64,000 nucleotides of DNA. Source: Camelus ferus. Lineage: Eukaryota. The position numbers were made by a program, and so were the translations under genes. The notes under the pieces are model-generated. The model was given only the letters and a program-made list of their open reading frames with translations. It had not been told where the DNA came from and did not search any database. The stretch is from assembly GCF_009834535.1 (NCBI RefSeq), contig NC_045696.1, positions 13,704,001 through 13,768,000 of the forward strand, read 5' to 3'. Positions 12,701 through 25,290 of the stretch are shown here, in pieces; position 1 is the stretch's first letter; the number at the start of each line of letters is the position of its first letter.

Positions 12701-13600
12701 CTGTCTGTAGAGCTAGAGGCAGAAACAGCTTCAAGATATATTGAGGGTGAAGACATAATGTGGATGATTGATTGACATAGAGATTAAGGAAAGGTGAGGG
12801 ATCAAGGAAGTTTCCTTGAACGGCTGTCTTTTGTGACTCAGTGGAAAGTGATGCTGTTCAACAAGCTAGAGATACAGTGAGAAGAGCAAGACAGAGGATA
12901 ACAACAATTAGTCCTCTTAGGTGTAGGTGGAGTTGATAGTGTATAAAGGATGTGTAGATGGAGACAGCAATGTAAATCTGAAGCTCTGGAAAATAGTCTG
13001 GATGATGAAAGAGACTTAAAAGGTTTTAGTTCATTGGCGCATTTGAAATAATTGGTGTAGATGAAATGCCTGAGAAGGAAAGTAAAATACAAGGAGAAGA
13101 AGACCAAAAATAAAAAAGTAAATTTTGGTGAACATAACATTAAGAAGCCATTAGAAACAAATATATGTATGTATATGTATGACTGAAACATTATTCTATA
13201 CACCAGAAATTGACACACTGTAACTGACACATTGAAACTGACTGTATTTCAATTAAAAAAAAAAAAAAGAAGAAGAAGCTGTTGCAGGGAAAAAAGCCAA
13301 TTGAAGATGACCAGAAAGGAATGAAGAGAAAATAAAAAACAAAGAAATGAGGAATTTAGAGGAGAATTATTATTTGTGGGTGTTGAGTGCAACCTGGCAA
13401 TGGTGCTGCGTAAACGCTGAAAGGTACCCTTTGGATTTGATCATTTCCCCATCAGTGATCTCCCTGGTATGGGGGATGGAGAGTGGAAGTCAGTTTGCAA
13501 TTAGTAGGAAAGTGAATGAGAAGGTAAGAAGAATAGAGAACAATGGTAAATTTAGAATAATTTTGACTGTGGAGAGAAGAAAAATCGGATGAGAGAAAAA
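9786..13600 (-). mobile_element. Cluster of decayed L2 fragments with an embedded MIR (~10770-10990)
   Basis: L2 hallmark phrases such as 'gcaaggagaccagttcagaggctgctgt', 'gattcaggatacattt' and 'gacatggttagattttcattt'; MIR core 'tttatagataaataaacagaagcccaga'. Confidence 0.7.
13153..13272 (+). mobile_element. Short young L1 3' tail with poly(A)
   Basis: 'gactgaaacattattctatacaccagaaattgacaca...tcaattaaaa(A)n', the same family as the tails at 51.9 kb, 53.9 kb and 56.6 kb. TSD AAGAAGCYRTT. Confidence 0.85.
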
Positions 13601-14716
13601 GAGTCAAGAAAAAAATTTTAATGATGAAATAAAGCTGAGTATATGCATATGCTCACAAAGGAAAGAGAGAGAGAAATGAAAGATTCATCACACAAGGGGA
13701 ACAACTGATGGATGAGGCCTGGACAAAATTGGAAGGAGGAAAGGTCTGTAACATATGTAGAGAGATTAGCCATGAGCAAGAGCAGCTATTCTCTTTATCT
13801 GAGATGAGAAGTGAGGGGTAAGTGTATATGGAGCAAAGACTCATGATAGAGGGGGAAAGTTGATAATTCTGAAAAAGGAAGAGCTGAGGTAGAGAAGAAG
13901 GCAGTAAAACCAGTCTAATAGTCCGGGAGTCAAAAGAGAAATGCAGAAACTGGATGAGGGCAGAACCGAAAGTAAGTGTAGTCAGCAGGCAACAGCTGTA
14001 ACAATTTGTTTTTCACACAGCTATCATAATTTTCTTCTTTGCCTGCATTCTGACCTCTTCCTGGTGACTTCAACGTAATTGTGATTGATCCATCAGCATC
14101 CATCCTCTTAAAACTTTGACCTCTTTCTCCCCGGTAACCTTGCTGTCCTCTCTGTCTGAGCAGGCCTGATTTGCCTTTGTGACCCCAGACTAGCTCATGG
14201 TACGGCATGAGTGAGCCCTCAGTATAAATGGACACACCAATAAGACCATCAATGAAAGGGTGGAATTAGAAAGCGGGGATAGAATAAAATACTGTTAAGA
14301 TTTATGAATGAAGTCTCTCACTCTATTGTTAGACGGTTAGCCCCAGAATTTTAAAATATCTTTCCACTTAGCATTATTCCTGCACGAACTACTTGCTAAT
14401 ACCTTGAAAAATTCAATAGTATTTTTGGTTAAGGCTTCACCAGTTAGTCAGATGTAGAAAATATTTCAATAATGTAGTTGTTATAAACGTGTTTCTCACT
14501 TTTCAATAAATGAACAGAAATTGAATGCATGCATATTTTGAGAGTTTTCATTGAAAATATGAAAACATTTGTCAATAAATGAAGAAAAAATATTACTCTA
14601 TGTTTGTTTATTAATCATGTTTGGCATAATTTTCAACTGTGAAAATTCAAATAATAATATGAAATGATATTCTAAATTATTCTAGTTTACCTAATGATCT
14701 GAAATACTTAGTTAAA

Positions 14717-15004
14717 GATAATTGATTTCTTGATTATGTGTAAGTACATTTGACTGTCCTTTATGATTGGATTACCACATTCTGTTGATTCTTATTTTGT
14801 AGCTGGCTTTATTCCTTTGATAACTGTGTAAGTTTAAAAAGCTAAAGCTCTGATCTGTTCTTAGAAACAATAATTAGTACATATATCCAAACTAAAAAAG
14901 TACAGTATACTGTATGTATGCATTTACATGCAATATAATGTGTATGTGCAATTAAACTGTAATAATTCTACCTAATAAAACTGAAAAAGAGAAAAAAATA
15001 AATA
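14717..15004 (+). mobile_element. Unassigned retroposed insertion with AATAAA, A-rich tail and 15-bp TSD
   Basis: AAATACTTAGTTAAA at 14702-14716 and 15005-15019; AATAAA at 14974-14979. Confidence 0.7.
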
Positions 15005-15985
15005 AAATACTTAGTTAAAATATTAGGAAGCTGAAAAGAAAATCTATGAAGAGCCATTAACTCTAGTGAAACACTTTCATTATATTTATAACTGTCATTT
15101 CCAGTGTTTTAAACAGAAGTTGTTTTTGGTCTGTTTTATGAATGTATAAATTTAAGAATGTATATATATATCAAATCTTTAGATAGTTCAAAAGCCTCTG
15201 ACTCATTCCTAATAAAAAATAAATGAGATATTCTTAAAATATGAACAACTATGTACATAAGTGGAAAACTGTGATAAATACCAGTTAGTGTCAAACAAAG
15301 ACGTTCTGAGCAGGAAAAACATGATACAATGAACAAGTTCTCCCAGAGTATTTAAAAACAACTGGCTGGGAAAGCCGTGTTTCTCTGACATCATGCCTTC
15401 TACATGCAGTCATTATCTATTAGGTCATCTGCATTCATTTTTCAGGTTAACCAGGAAACCAGGATTGCCTGAAGGAGGGCTTGCGTCATGTACAACAGGA
15501 AGTTTGAACCGTAGCCAGACATACAATTAAGATATTCCAGTATTGCTATTATTCTTGGTTCAGCAAATATCACGAGCATAAGTTCTCAGTAGGAGAAATA
15601 CAACAAACACTTCATGTTTTAACTCATAGAGTTAATATTATCATAGTTCCTGTTTTAATATTTGATAGAGTTTTCATAACATTTTATAGAGTTTTCATCA
15701 AAAATACTTTATGTTTTCACTAATAAATTCTTAATGTTATGATTTTAAGAGACAGGGATGTAGATAAGGAAAAGTTGTTGTCTATGCTTACCAGCTACCA
15801 TTTTCATGAAATTTGAGTACTAAAGAAAATAATTGCATTTATGTGTTTACTACAATTGGTCCATGTTTACCTAGGTCTCAACCCCCTCAATTTTAGGGTA
15901 TAAATAAAGATATACTTATATTCCATAGCTCAGTAAGCATATTATCTTACTAAGAAAAATCTCTATTCTAAAAAAAATGACATGA

Positions 15986-16051
15986 AAAATAAAATCATGG
16001 TAAAGTTAAAAAGTAATTAAAATAAAATCATGGTAAAGTTAAAAAGTAATT
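15986..16051 (+). repeat. Perfect 33-bp tandem duplication
   Basis: AAAATAAAATCATGGTAAAGTTAAAAAGTAATT occurs twice in tandem. Confidence 0.95.
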
Positions 16052-16739
16052 CAGAATGCAGTGTGGCAGTAGAGACATCTCTGTTGTAACAGTTCACCTG
16101 CCTGAGTTAAGGCATCCTTCACATGGGGTGGACCCACTGAGGCAGCACCTGGTCAAGTCCCATGGAAGCATCTCTTGGACCCTCTTCATGAATTTCTGAG
16201 GCAGAGGATGTGACTCGCATTACCTTCCATGGGAGACGCTGTTCATAATTGGGGCAGTGCTTCTTAATTACCAAATCTTTCAGTTAGATTGATTCTGCTA
16301 TGCTTGTTAAAAACTGCTCGGGTAACTAAAAGAGAGTGACTCTGGGTATCTTATGCTAGAAAGAATTATATCCCCCTAAAGTCAGTGAAACTTCAAAATG
16401 GCAGAAACTGTGCCCTGGAGGTCCAGCCCAGCCAGTCCTTGAGTCCCTGGCTGATTGCAGATCTTCCTTTAGTTCTGTCAGATCCCTCAGAAACTCTCTT
16501 GGCTACAGAAGCCAGTGAAGTAGAGGTAAGGCATGAAAGTAGGTGGGGGTAGCACTTACACGTCTTCATATATTTGAGTAATGTCATTAACAAATTGATG
16601 CAAGAATGTTACCTAAAACAGAGATTCATCTGATGTGTGCACCAGTCCTCTTAATCAATTATATTAAAATAATGACTCTTGATTCAATACAAACAGAATC
16701 TAGGGCTGATGAGACAACACTTTGGTCACTGATGTGTTA

Positions 16740-17110
16740 TTTCAGGTCCTCATGGAAGACGTTCAGTAAGGAGTGAGTGAATGTGTATTTACTCACCTTT
16801 AGTGGTGTGGAACTCACAGTCTCACAAAGCAGGGTATTTTTTTAGTGTTTTTAATTATGTCAAAAATTTCTTACTCATACTGAGCTGAAAGTGTTGCTTT
16901 GTGATTTGATGCTAACACTATTCCTGGGATCAACATAGGACTCAAGTTCCATTACAGAGTCTATTTCTTTGGGCACATAAAATTTTTGAAATTTTTGGAA
17001 ACAGCTCTCATATTTCTTCAAATGATCTCTCCTCCAAGGTAAATATTCTCAGTTATTCTAAACATTTCTCAAATACACAGACCATAGAACCAGATATCAG
17101 GTATCATATT
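16740..17110 (-). mobile_element. CR1/L3 LINE fragment
   Basis: 'aaaaatttcttactcatactgagctgaaa' and 'tctcctccaaggtaaatattctcagttattctaaacatttctc' resemble recalled antisense L3. Confidence 0.5.
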
Positions 17111-17644
17111 TGGGTAAATTTGGCCGTAGGCAATTGAATTATTCATTTCCAATTCCAACTCCACAGGTGCTAAATAACTTAGATCTTTGGGTATATTAAA
17201 ACTTGATTGAATTAACCAAAAATAATAGTTATAGTTTCTGATTTTTAACGTAGACTCATTGGAGAAAGCTTGATAATTTAAGACAAGCATCCTGAAAAGA
17301 TTTACCATTGAAAGTGTTAGTTACATAAACATGATTTAACTGCCTTAAGGTTGTAAAAGGGAGAACTCAAAGGTTATAGCTCAGACCTCTTCTCTGTAGC
17401 AGACTTATAGTTCAGTCCAGTCTTCCAACCTCTCCAAACTCTATCACAGCCCCAGACAAATGACTAAAACCTCTACTGCAGCTAGGTCATCTGATTTTCT
17501 TCCTTCTTTCGCTTTTCCTCATCCAGTGTCTTTGTGTCTGACTCTTTGTCTTTTATAAATATTCCACTATGTATAAAATTCTGGATTTTTAAAGGATACT
17601 GATTTTCAAATATGCAATGTACCAAATAAATCAGATTCAACCCC

Positions 17645-18105
17645 TGTGTTAATTATCTTTAACAAATCACTCCCAAACTTAGCAGCTTAAAGCAGCACAC
17701 CTTTATTATCTCACGGTCTCTGTGGGTCAGGAGTCCGGGAGAAGCTCAGCTGAGTGGTTCTGGCTCAGCTCTCTCTCCTGAGGATGCAAGCTGCCTCTGG
17801 GGCTGCAGTCTCATCCTGAGCTTCACCTATGGCTAGAGAAGCTCTCTTCAAGTTCCTTGAAGGCTTTTGGCCAAAGGAGGTTTCACTGTGTAGCACCTGG
17901 GCTTCCATACAGCTGCTTACAAAGTGGCAGCGTGTCTCTCCCAACGTGGCCCAGATGGAAGGCCCATGCTTCTATAACCTACTCTCTGGAGTGACATCTC
18001 AACATGTCTTCACTGGTCACAAAGCCCACCTCTGGGACCATGTGGGACAGGGCTACTCCAGGGTGTGAATAGCAGGAGGGCTGCCTTGGAGGCTGGTGAC
18101 CCCAG
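17645..18105 (-). mobile_element. MLT1 (MaLR) solo LTR
   Basis: 'aacaaatcactcccaaacttagcagcttaaagcagc...tttattatctcacggtctctgtgggtcaggagtccggg' is typical of MLT1E/F/G. Confidence 0.75.
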
Positions 18106-19079
18106 AGCTGAACAAAATAATATTTTTAACAATGTCAGGAGACCAGAAATCCATTTTAACTTGTTTTGATATGAAAGTCAGCTACTAAAAAGCATGTATT
18201 TCTTCTGTGATCTGAACCATGAAAGCATCTCCCTCCCCACAAAACTATATTCTCATAACTTGAAGACTGACAATGCATGGTTAAAAATAAAATATATGAA
18301 AATAACTCTTTTCACCAAAAAAGATAAATGTTTCCACCTATTAACTACTCTTGCAATATTTTTATAGTGATAATGCCCTGAGAAAAAACAAAATCATTTT
18401 ATTTCTGGAATTTAAAGTTATTTAAAAGTTGGCAATGAAAAAGCTGAATCTTTAAAAGTAAATTCTTTTCTGAACTTTGATTTTTTTAATACCTAGCCTA
18501 TATCAGAATTTAATTTATTTTGTTGGACATTTTAAATGTGGGGGCAAATATTTATTGGGTCCTTGGGTTGTTTCAGGCATGCATTCTGCTTGGTACCTTA
18601 CATGGGTCATCCTGTCCTTTAATCTCTACCTCAGATAACAGGAGCCAGGCCAACCACCACAAGGATGCAGCCAGCGGTATCCTTATCCAGATGATGCGCT
18701 GCATCATCCAAATGGCAGAAGACTCAGGTTTCCTGCTTGTAATCCTCAGGCGGGACTTTTGTCTCCACTCCCAGTTCACATGCTTGACAGTACACAGCCT
18801 CAGACTTGATCAGACTCCAGTATCAAAAACGGAATCTTATTATTCATCTTTTTCATAATTCCATTTTAAATAGTTTTGAATCTTAACAGCACTAGTTGCA
18901 TTTTAAATGGTTTCCTTTATATTCAATAAAATATGGTTTGATTATCTGTGATCGCACTTCCTAACGGTACTTACGTGAATGGTATACAGCTTACATCTCC
19001 CACATCTCCACAGTCTGATATCCACAGAGACAGAAGCAAATAGCAAATAGCAGCACGTGGTCATTGTTATTTATTAAGC

Positions 19080-20350
19080 TGGCCAATAAATTTACCAAGT
19101 ACCATGCTGGGCTTTAGAGCCAGAGGATTGGAAAAGACAGAATCCTCATCCTCCATGAGCTTGCATTCCATAAAATCAGCAGAGACATTTAAATCACAGA
19201 TCCATTCATATTCTGGATAGTGCTACGAAGGATATAAAACAGGGTGCTGGGACAGAGAGTGATGGGAGGAGGCCTGTGTCAACAGCCATCCTGGAAGACA
19301 TTTCTGATCATAGAAGAGCTGAGGTGTGACATAAAAAGATGAGTATGAGTCTAACTTGTGATGAGCCCGGAACGGGCATCCAGACAGAGAGAACCACCAG
19401 GATAAAAATGAAAAAGCATTCTATGTGTTCGAGAATCACAAGGAAGGCAGAGCTATGTGTAACGAGCTAAGAAAACAACTAGCGGAGAGATTGGAGAAGT
19501 AGGCAGGGAGTGGGAAAGAGTAGATCAGAAGGCTGACACAATGAAATTTTAATTAAAAAATGGAAAAAAAATTCATCTGCCTATGCTAGGAATAGAAGGG
19601 ACCAGCATGAAAGTCGTGAAGTAAGAGCTACAAAAAATTCATTTATATCATTCAGCAACTTAATATTGAAAATTCTGTACTCACCTTGGGAAAGTCCAGA
19701 AAGAGTCTGAGAGAGGAAAGATTTGTGTTGAACGTTGAGGGATGGACAGATCTTACTGGGGGAAGGTGGGGATGGCAGAGAGAGGAGCATGTACAAGGGC
19801 TGGAAGCATGAGGCATCAAGGCAAAATTCAAGAATTACAAGGAAATGAGCATGACTTTAAATTTGGGGTGAGTTTCAGAACACTACGAGGTGACAGTATA
19901 AGGGTGAACTCATGAGACCCTTGGAGGCCAAGCTCTGGAATTTGAGCTTTATTCTGTAAAGGACGGAAAGCCAGTAAATAGCCCAAAGTAGAGACATAAT
20001 CAGATTTCAGTCTTGGAAAAGAGTTGTGGTTAAAATGACAGTAGTAAATTGCAAAATATCAAGACTACAGGAAAAAAAAAAAAAAAGATCAAGGAAAAAA
20101 AAAGAATCATCAGCAGACTACTTTATTCATCAAATTAAAATGAGGATGAAGATTTGGCTTCAAAGAATAGGAGATGGGTTCCAAAGATATTCAAGAGGAA
20201 GCATTAACAGGAACATAAACTCCATTAGAATGTGAGCTCAATAAAAACAGAGATTTTGACTATTATATTCATTGCTGTTATCTCCAAGGTCTAGGAAAGT
20301 ACCTGTAACTTAGATAAGCTTAATGAAATATTTGTTGAATGAATGTATGG
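19080..20350. mobile_element. L2 fragments (antisense 19080-20220; sense 3' end 20228-20350)
   Basis: 'catcctccatgagcttgcattc' and the L2 terminal 'aaatatttgttgaatgaatg'. Confidence 0.65.
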
Positions 20351-20419
20351 ATGGACGAATAGTGACCAGTTAGGGACATCACACTCTTCTTTAATAAATA
20401 TGTATTCACTAACTTGAAG

Positions 20420-20512
20420 AGATAGATGTCTGTCTATCTACCTATCTCTCTATTTCTTTCTCTATCCCTCTCTCTCTCTCCTATCACCTATCTCCATCAA
20501 TCCATCCATCCA
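20420..20512 (+). repeat. Compound (TATC)/(TC)/(TCCA) low-complexity repeat
   Basis: Seen directly in the sequence. Confidence 0.8.
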
Positions 20513-21809
20513 CCCCTGAGACTGGAAAGAGAGGATAGAAGAAATTTGTATAATTGCAAAGTGAAGACTAAAACTGAGAAATGAAGTTTAAGGTTCTCTT
20601 TGTAGGAAAATTCACAAGAAATGAGAAGAGATTCTGGAAATTGAAAAACTACAGATCATTTGGGGAGTTCGGTGGAGATGAGTGTAGAAAATTGGAGGCA
20701 GGCAAGAAAAGTGGTTGGTGAGAAAGTTTTGCTTATTCAAGTGATTGAAGAGCTTCTGCAATCAGGGTTATCTGATCTCAATTAATTTTTAAGATTGGTT
20801 TGAGTTTGCATTTTTTGCTACCTAAGCCCTCTCTATCAAACCCCTGGCATAATCTGCTTCATACAAATTTCTCTGTGAGAGATTTGAATGGAGGTGAGAG
20901 ATTAAGGAAAATGAATTGTAGTCCACATCTGAGTTAGCAAGAGAGAAAGAGAATCAGCCCCAAGGGTCCAATGTAAGATCTAGAGTTAAAGGTGTCTGTC
21001 TAATAAAAATGAAATCTTCAAATTTGCAAACATCTTGGGGAGGGTGATGTGCTTTCCCTCCATCAAAAAATATGCTAGAAATTTCTTTCCAATTATATTT
21101 AATTCTCACCAGACAAATTAATTTTATTTAGTATTTAAGTTACATATCTTAATTTTTCCTTTAGGTAAATAAATATGTCTTGCAGTAATGTATGATGCTG
21201 GGTGTGTTTGTATATACGTGTGATGAGTGTCAGTGTTGAGCTTAAGGGGTTGATGTGATAAAGGAAGATAATTTTTTATCTGTAGGTCCCAGTAGTTCTT
21301 AATAAAAACAGATTCATACTGGCTGCCAAAATGCAGTCACACTCACAGCTCTGTGGTAGGCAAGGCTCCACCAAACCAGCCTGGACTCAAGGATCCAGGT
21401 CTGCTCAAGCCTAATCCAGGGGTAATTGCCATGGTTCCCTTCCCAAAGCCCTGCTCGTTTAAACCACTCCTCTAAATCAGACTCCTGTTTAAGCTATAAT
21501 AACTCCAGCAGCAGTGACGCAATAGCAGTCTTTATGGGCAGAGATCTAAAAACATCCATTTAAATTTGCTCTACTAGCTGCCATAAGTGGTTTCTGAAGA
21601 TATGTGGATTTCAGTTTTGCACTCCAAATACTAAAATACAGAAGCAAATCCACTAAGAGTGAGGGGAAGCAAGGATAAGGCTGGTTCAAAGGAACTCCTG
21701 AAATTCAGAGCGGATGGTTAGTCAGACTAACACCTTTGACAGCACCCACAAAGACCCACTCCCTGTGCTTCCAGATAATTGCAGTGTGAGGGAGAACACA
21801 GGCTTGCTG

Positions 21810-21975
21810 TTGCTTTCTTAAACTCTAAGGTGTGTAGAAAAGATGACTCTGGGGTGTGTGTAAGACAGAAGATCCTGAGCTCCATCACAGATAATCTGAC
21901 TAAGTGAATCAGAGGTAGGCTGCAAGAATGTCCATGTTTAACAAGTATCTTAGGTGTTTCTGATGCTGTCATTTT
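21810..21975. mobile_element. MER5-like fragment
   Basis: 'gtgaatcagaggtaggctgcaagaatgtccatgtttaacaag...ggtgtttctgatgc'. Confidence 0.5.
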
Positions 21976-22237
21976 AGGAAAAGTTCGGCAGACAGTGAGG
22001 TTTCAGAAACTTAGAGGGCAGATTTATTCCATCATTTCCCAAAATACTTTCTCATTAGCCCACTAAGGGTTGAAATTCCTTTAAGGGCAGGCACATACTA
22101 TCAATCTACATTTCAGAGATGAAGATCTGTCTGGTATTTTCCAGATCTACTGTGGTCTAATTGTCTCACAGTATCCTGTCCCAAGTCCACATTGCAGGCA
22201 TTGTGGAGAATGTTCTCTGAAAATAAGAAGACTGCCT

Positions 22238-22958
22238 TGTTAGCTAGGGTTCTCCATAAAAACAAGACCACTGGGATATCTCTCACATATATATATATAT
22301 ATGCATGCATCATATATATTATATGTATTTATTATAAAAAATTGGCTCAGGCAATTGTGGAAGTTAAGAAATCCCACAATCTGCCATCCTCAAGTAAGAG
22401 TGCTGGGAAAGTCAAGTCCTCTGAAGACCTGAGAACCAGGAGTACAGATGCTACAAATCCTAATCTAAAAGGATACCCATGTCCCAGCTCAACAGACAGG
22501 ATTTCAAAATTGTAGAATAGATAAACAAGATTATACTGTATAGTACTGGAAATATACACAAGATCTTATGGTAGCTCACAGTGAAAAAAATGTGACAATG
22601 AATATATATATGTTCATGTATAACTGAAAAATTGTGCTGTACACTAGAATTTGACACAACATTGTAAAATGATTATAAATCAATAAAAAATGTTAAAAAA
22701 AAAAAACAGTCAAGCAGAAAAAGAAAAAAGAGAGAGACAAATTCTTCCTTCCTCCATATTTGGTTGTAGTCTGGACCTCAGTGGATTGAATGATGTCCAC
22801 CCTCATCGGGGAGAGTGAGATCTGCTTTACTAAACCCACCAATTCAAATGCTAATCTCGTCTGGAAACACCCTCACAGATACACTCAGAAATAATGTTTA
22901 GCTAAATATCTAGGCACCCTCTGACCTAGTAAGTTGACACATAAAATTAATCATCACA
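22238..22958 (-). mobile_element. MLT2 (ERVL) solo LTR interrupted by an L1 tail
   Basis: Termini 'tgttagctagggttctcc' and 'aagttgacacataaaattaatcatcaca'; internal 'aattcaaatgctaatctcgtctggaaacaccctcacagatacactcagaaataatg'. Confidence 0.85.
22501..22706 (+). mobile_element. Young camelid-type L1 3' tail
   Basis: Close to the reverse complement of 45455-45670; ends 'caataaaaaatgtt(A)n'; degenerate TSD AACAGACAGG / AACAGTCAAG. Confidence 0.85.
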
Positions 22959-24279
22959 CTGCCTTTGTTAACAACTGGCACTAAAATCCCTCAGACCATA
23001 GTGCCTAGAATACAAGAATATGAAGATGTGAAAACACTCATTTCAGTAGAATACATGGGAAAATTATAGCCTGGCTTTTTTTATTAAATCAGTTGAATGG
23101 AGTTCCCTAGTAAGTGTTCACACTTTGTTCAGGCTTTCAACAAAAATGTATTTAAACATTTATTTGTCCAAAAAATTGTTCTTAAGTGAAAGTCACAACT
23201 TTTATTATTGTATTATTGCCTTTCCTTTCCTTTTGTTTTCTTTTTAACTGTAGGATGTGGTTCAGAGACTCAGCAGGATTGTGCTCCTCTTGAGAGCAGA
23301 TGTTTATTGTTGGTTCCAACGTTTTTGTTTTCAAATGTCTCATGACATCTAACCCAGTTCCTTGGCTAGTGTGCTCACTAAGTACTTGTCAATGTATTGA
23401 TGGCTTTGACCAAGATACTAATTAATGAGGCAGGCATAAAGTCCATGAAAATGAGATAGAGAAAGCTTTCTAAGAACACTTGTGATAATATGACTCTGTT
23501 GTGCAAATCCTTTGACAGATTACAAATAAAGAACTCCACATTCTAGTTTTCAAGGTCTTCCTTATACTGAACACTTAACTTTTCCAAATATAACTCAGAT
23601 TGCTCCCTATCGTGTATGCCTGTGTTCTGATTCACATTTCCCTGAACATACCTAGGGTGTTTCCATATTTATAGCTCCACTTTGACATCTTTTCAAAATT
23701 TCTTTCACCCATTTTCACCCCTGGGAATCCCATGCTTCCCCAAGGTCTGCCTCAATTTCTGTCTCCTCTGAAAGCACACTCCTCTTATGCACACCCTTAA
23801 TTCACGTTATCCCAGCTCTTCTTCAAGTCCAGAGCATCTTGTTTTTCAAATGGCAGTTATCACAGATTGCATTTCTTTTCTTTGTTTCTTTGATTTGTTT
23901 CTGTGTTTTGTTGGAGTGACTTCTCTATGGTACAGGAGAACTTACAGTCTTTATTGGATCTAATGAAAAATATTTATTGCATACATTATTGAAATAATAA
24001 AATGAATCATCTAAATTTTGATCTAATTATTTATGGATTGGCAATTTTTTAAAGTTGCTTAATTTCCTTGATGATGGATGTGCTTATCCAGAAAGTAAAG
24101 ATGTCAACACCTACCTTGAGTGGTTAGAGTAAAAATTATGTAAGATCCTTTAAGCAAAGCACTTAAAAAACCTTAAACATTTCAAAAATATTCCTGTAGA
24201 TGCAAAGAAATAGAAAACAAAACATGTTTGATATGTCGATGGTCATATTAAAAGAGTGAATGAAGTTAAGTGAGACTTT

Positions 24280-24695
24280 CAAATATCACTTACTTGCTCA
24301 CAATTACATGAAGCAGAGATATGGGCTGGGTTCAGCCAAGCTCTGCTCCGCATGGCTTAGTGGGGCTTGCTCCTTTATCAGAGAACCTTAGTTGGGATTG
24401 CTGGAATTACTGGAACGGTTCAGAAGGCTGGACTTTTCTCTCTACCTGGTCTCTCATCCTTCATCAGGGTGGTCTGGACTAATTAACATGGTAAGAGCAT
24501 TCCAAGAGAGCAAGACTGAAAGCTGAAAGATTCATAAGCTGTAAACTCAGACCTTGTTTAATGTTACTTCCTTTGCAGTCTTGGTGAGAGCAAGTCATGA
24601 GGTCAGCCCTAAGTCCAGGGGCTGGAGAAGTAATCTCCATCTCATAATAGAACAAACTGAAAATGATTGGTCGTCACTTGCAATCTACCAAAACA
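24280..24695 (-). mobile_element. Old MLT1 LTR
   Basis: 'acttacttgctcacaat...gggctgggttcagc...gcaagtcatgaggtcagccctaagtccagggg'. Confidence 0.55.
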
Positions 24696-25189
24696 GAGCT
24701 GGAGGACAGGGATATGAAGGGGCATGGATTCTAGAAGTAATGGAGAGTGTGTTCTGGGTTTGGAGAAAACATATGTGTATTAATGATGTATGTTACAGGT
24801 TGAACCCAGTTGCATGCACTCTAAGTATTTATTCATAGTTATAAAAAAAGAAAACTGAGAAAAGAAAAGAAGATAAGGGCTAATTAAAAGTAGACAGTAG
24901 AGTTTAGGATTAGAAATGTGAATGCCTGTGAGCTATAATGCAGAAAGCCATACAATAACAGCAATGGTTGGAGGTGAGAGTCTGTGTTTCTGTGTGTAGG
25001 AAATACATACAGAATCTGGGAGGGATTTGAGAGATGAGCAGAGGGGCAAAAGAACTATCTCCATAAACTGAGCAAGTAGCAGTCAGATTAACACTAATGA
25101 GTGTAAATGGGGAAGGGACAGGGCTTTAGAACACAATGAGCAAGAGTGGGGGAGATAGAGACCATAGCAGGAGACACCTGAGAGATCTC

Positions 25190-25290
25190 AGGTGACCATA
25201 TCATTTATTATCCAAACTGAGAGTTTTGAGAGAAAAAGAGATTGCTATTAATTATAACTCCAGGACAACAGGAGTTAAACCAGAATGTAG
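25190..25290. mobile_element. MER81-like hAT-Blackjack fragment
   Basis: 'ggtgaccatatcatttattatccaaactg...gctattaattataactccaggacaacaggagttaaaccag'. Confidence 0.65.

Noticed and set aside
12838..13230. 130-aa hydrophobic ORF and similar F/L/I-rich short ORFs
   Set aside because: Expected from AT-rich L2/L1 debris; no family signature.
15986..16051. CRISPR-like direct repeats (33 bp here, 36 bp at 58848)
   Set aside because: There are only two abutting copies with no spacers and no cas genes, and the DNA is mammalian.
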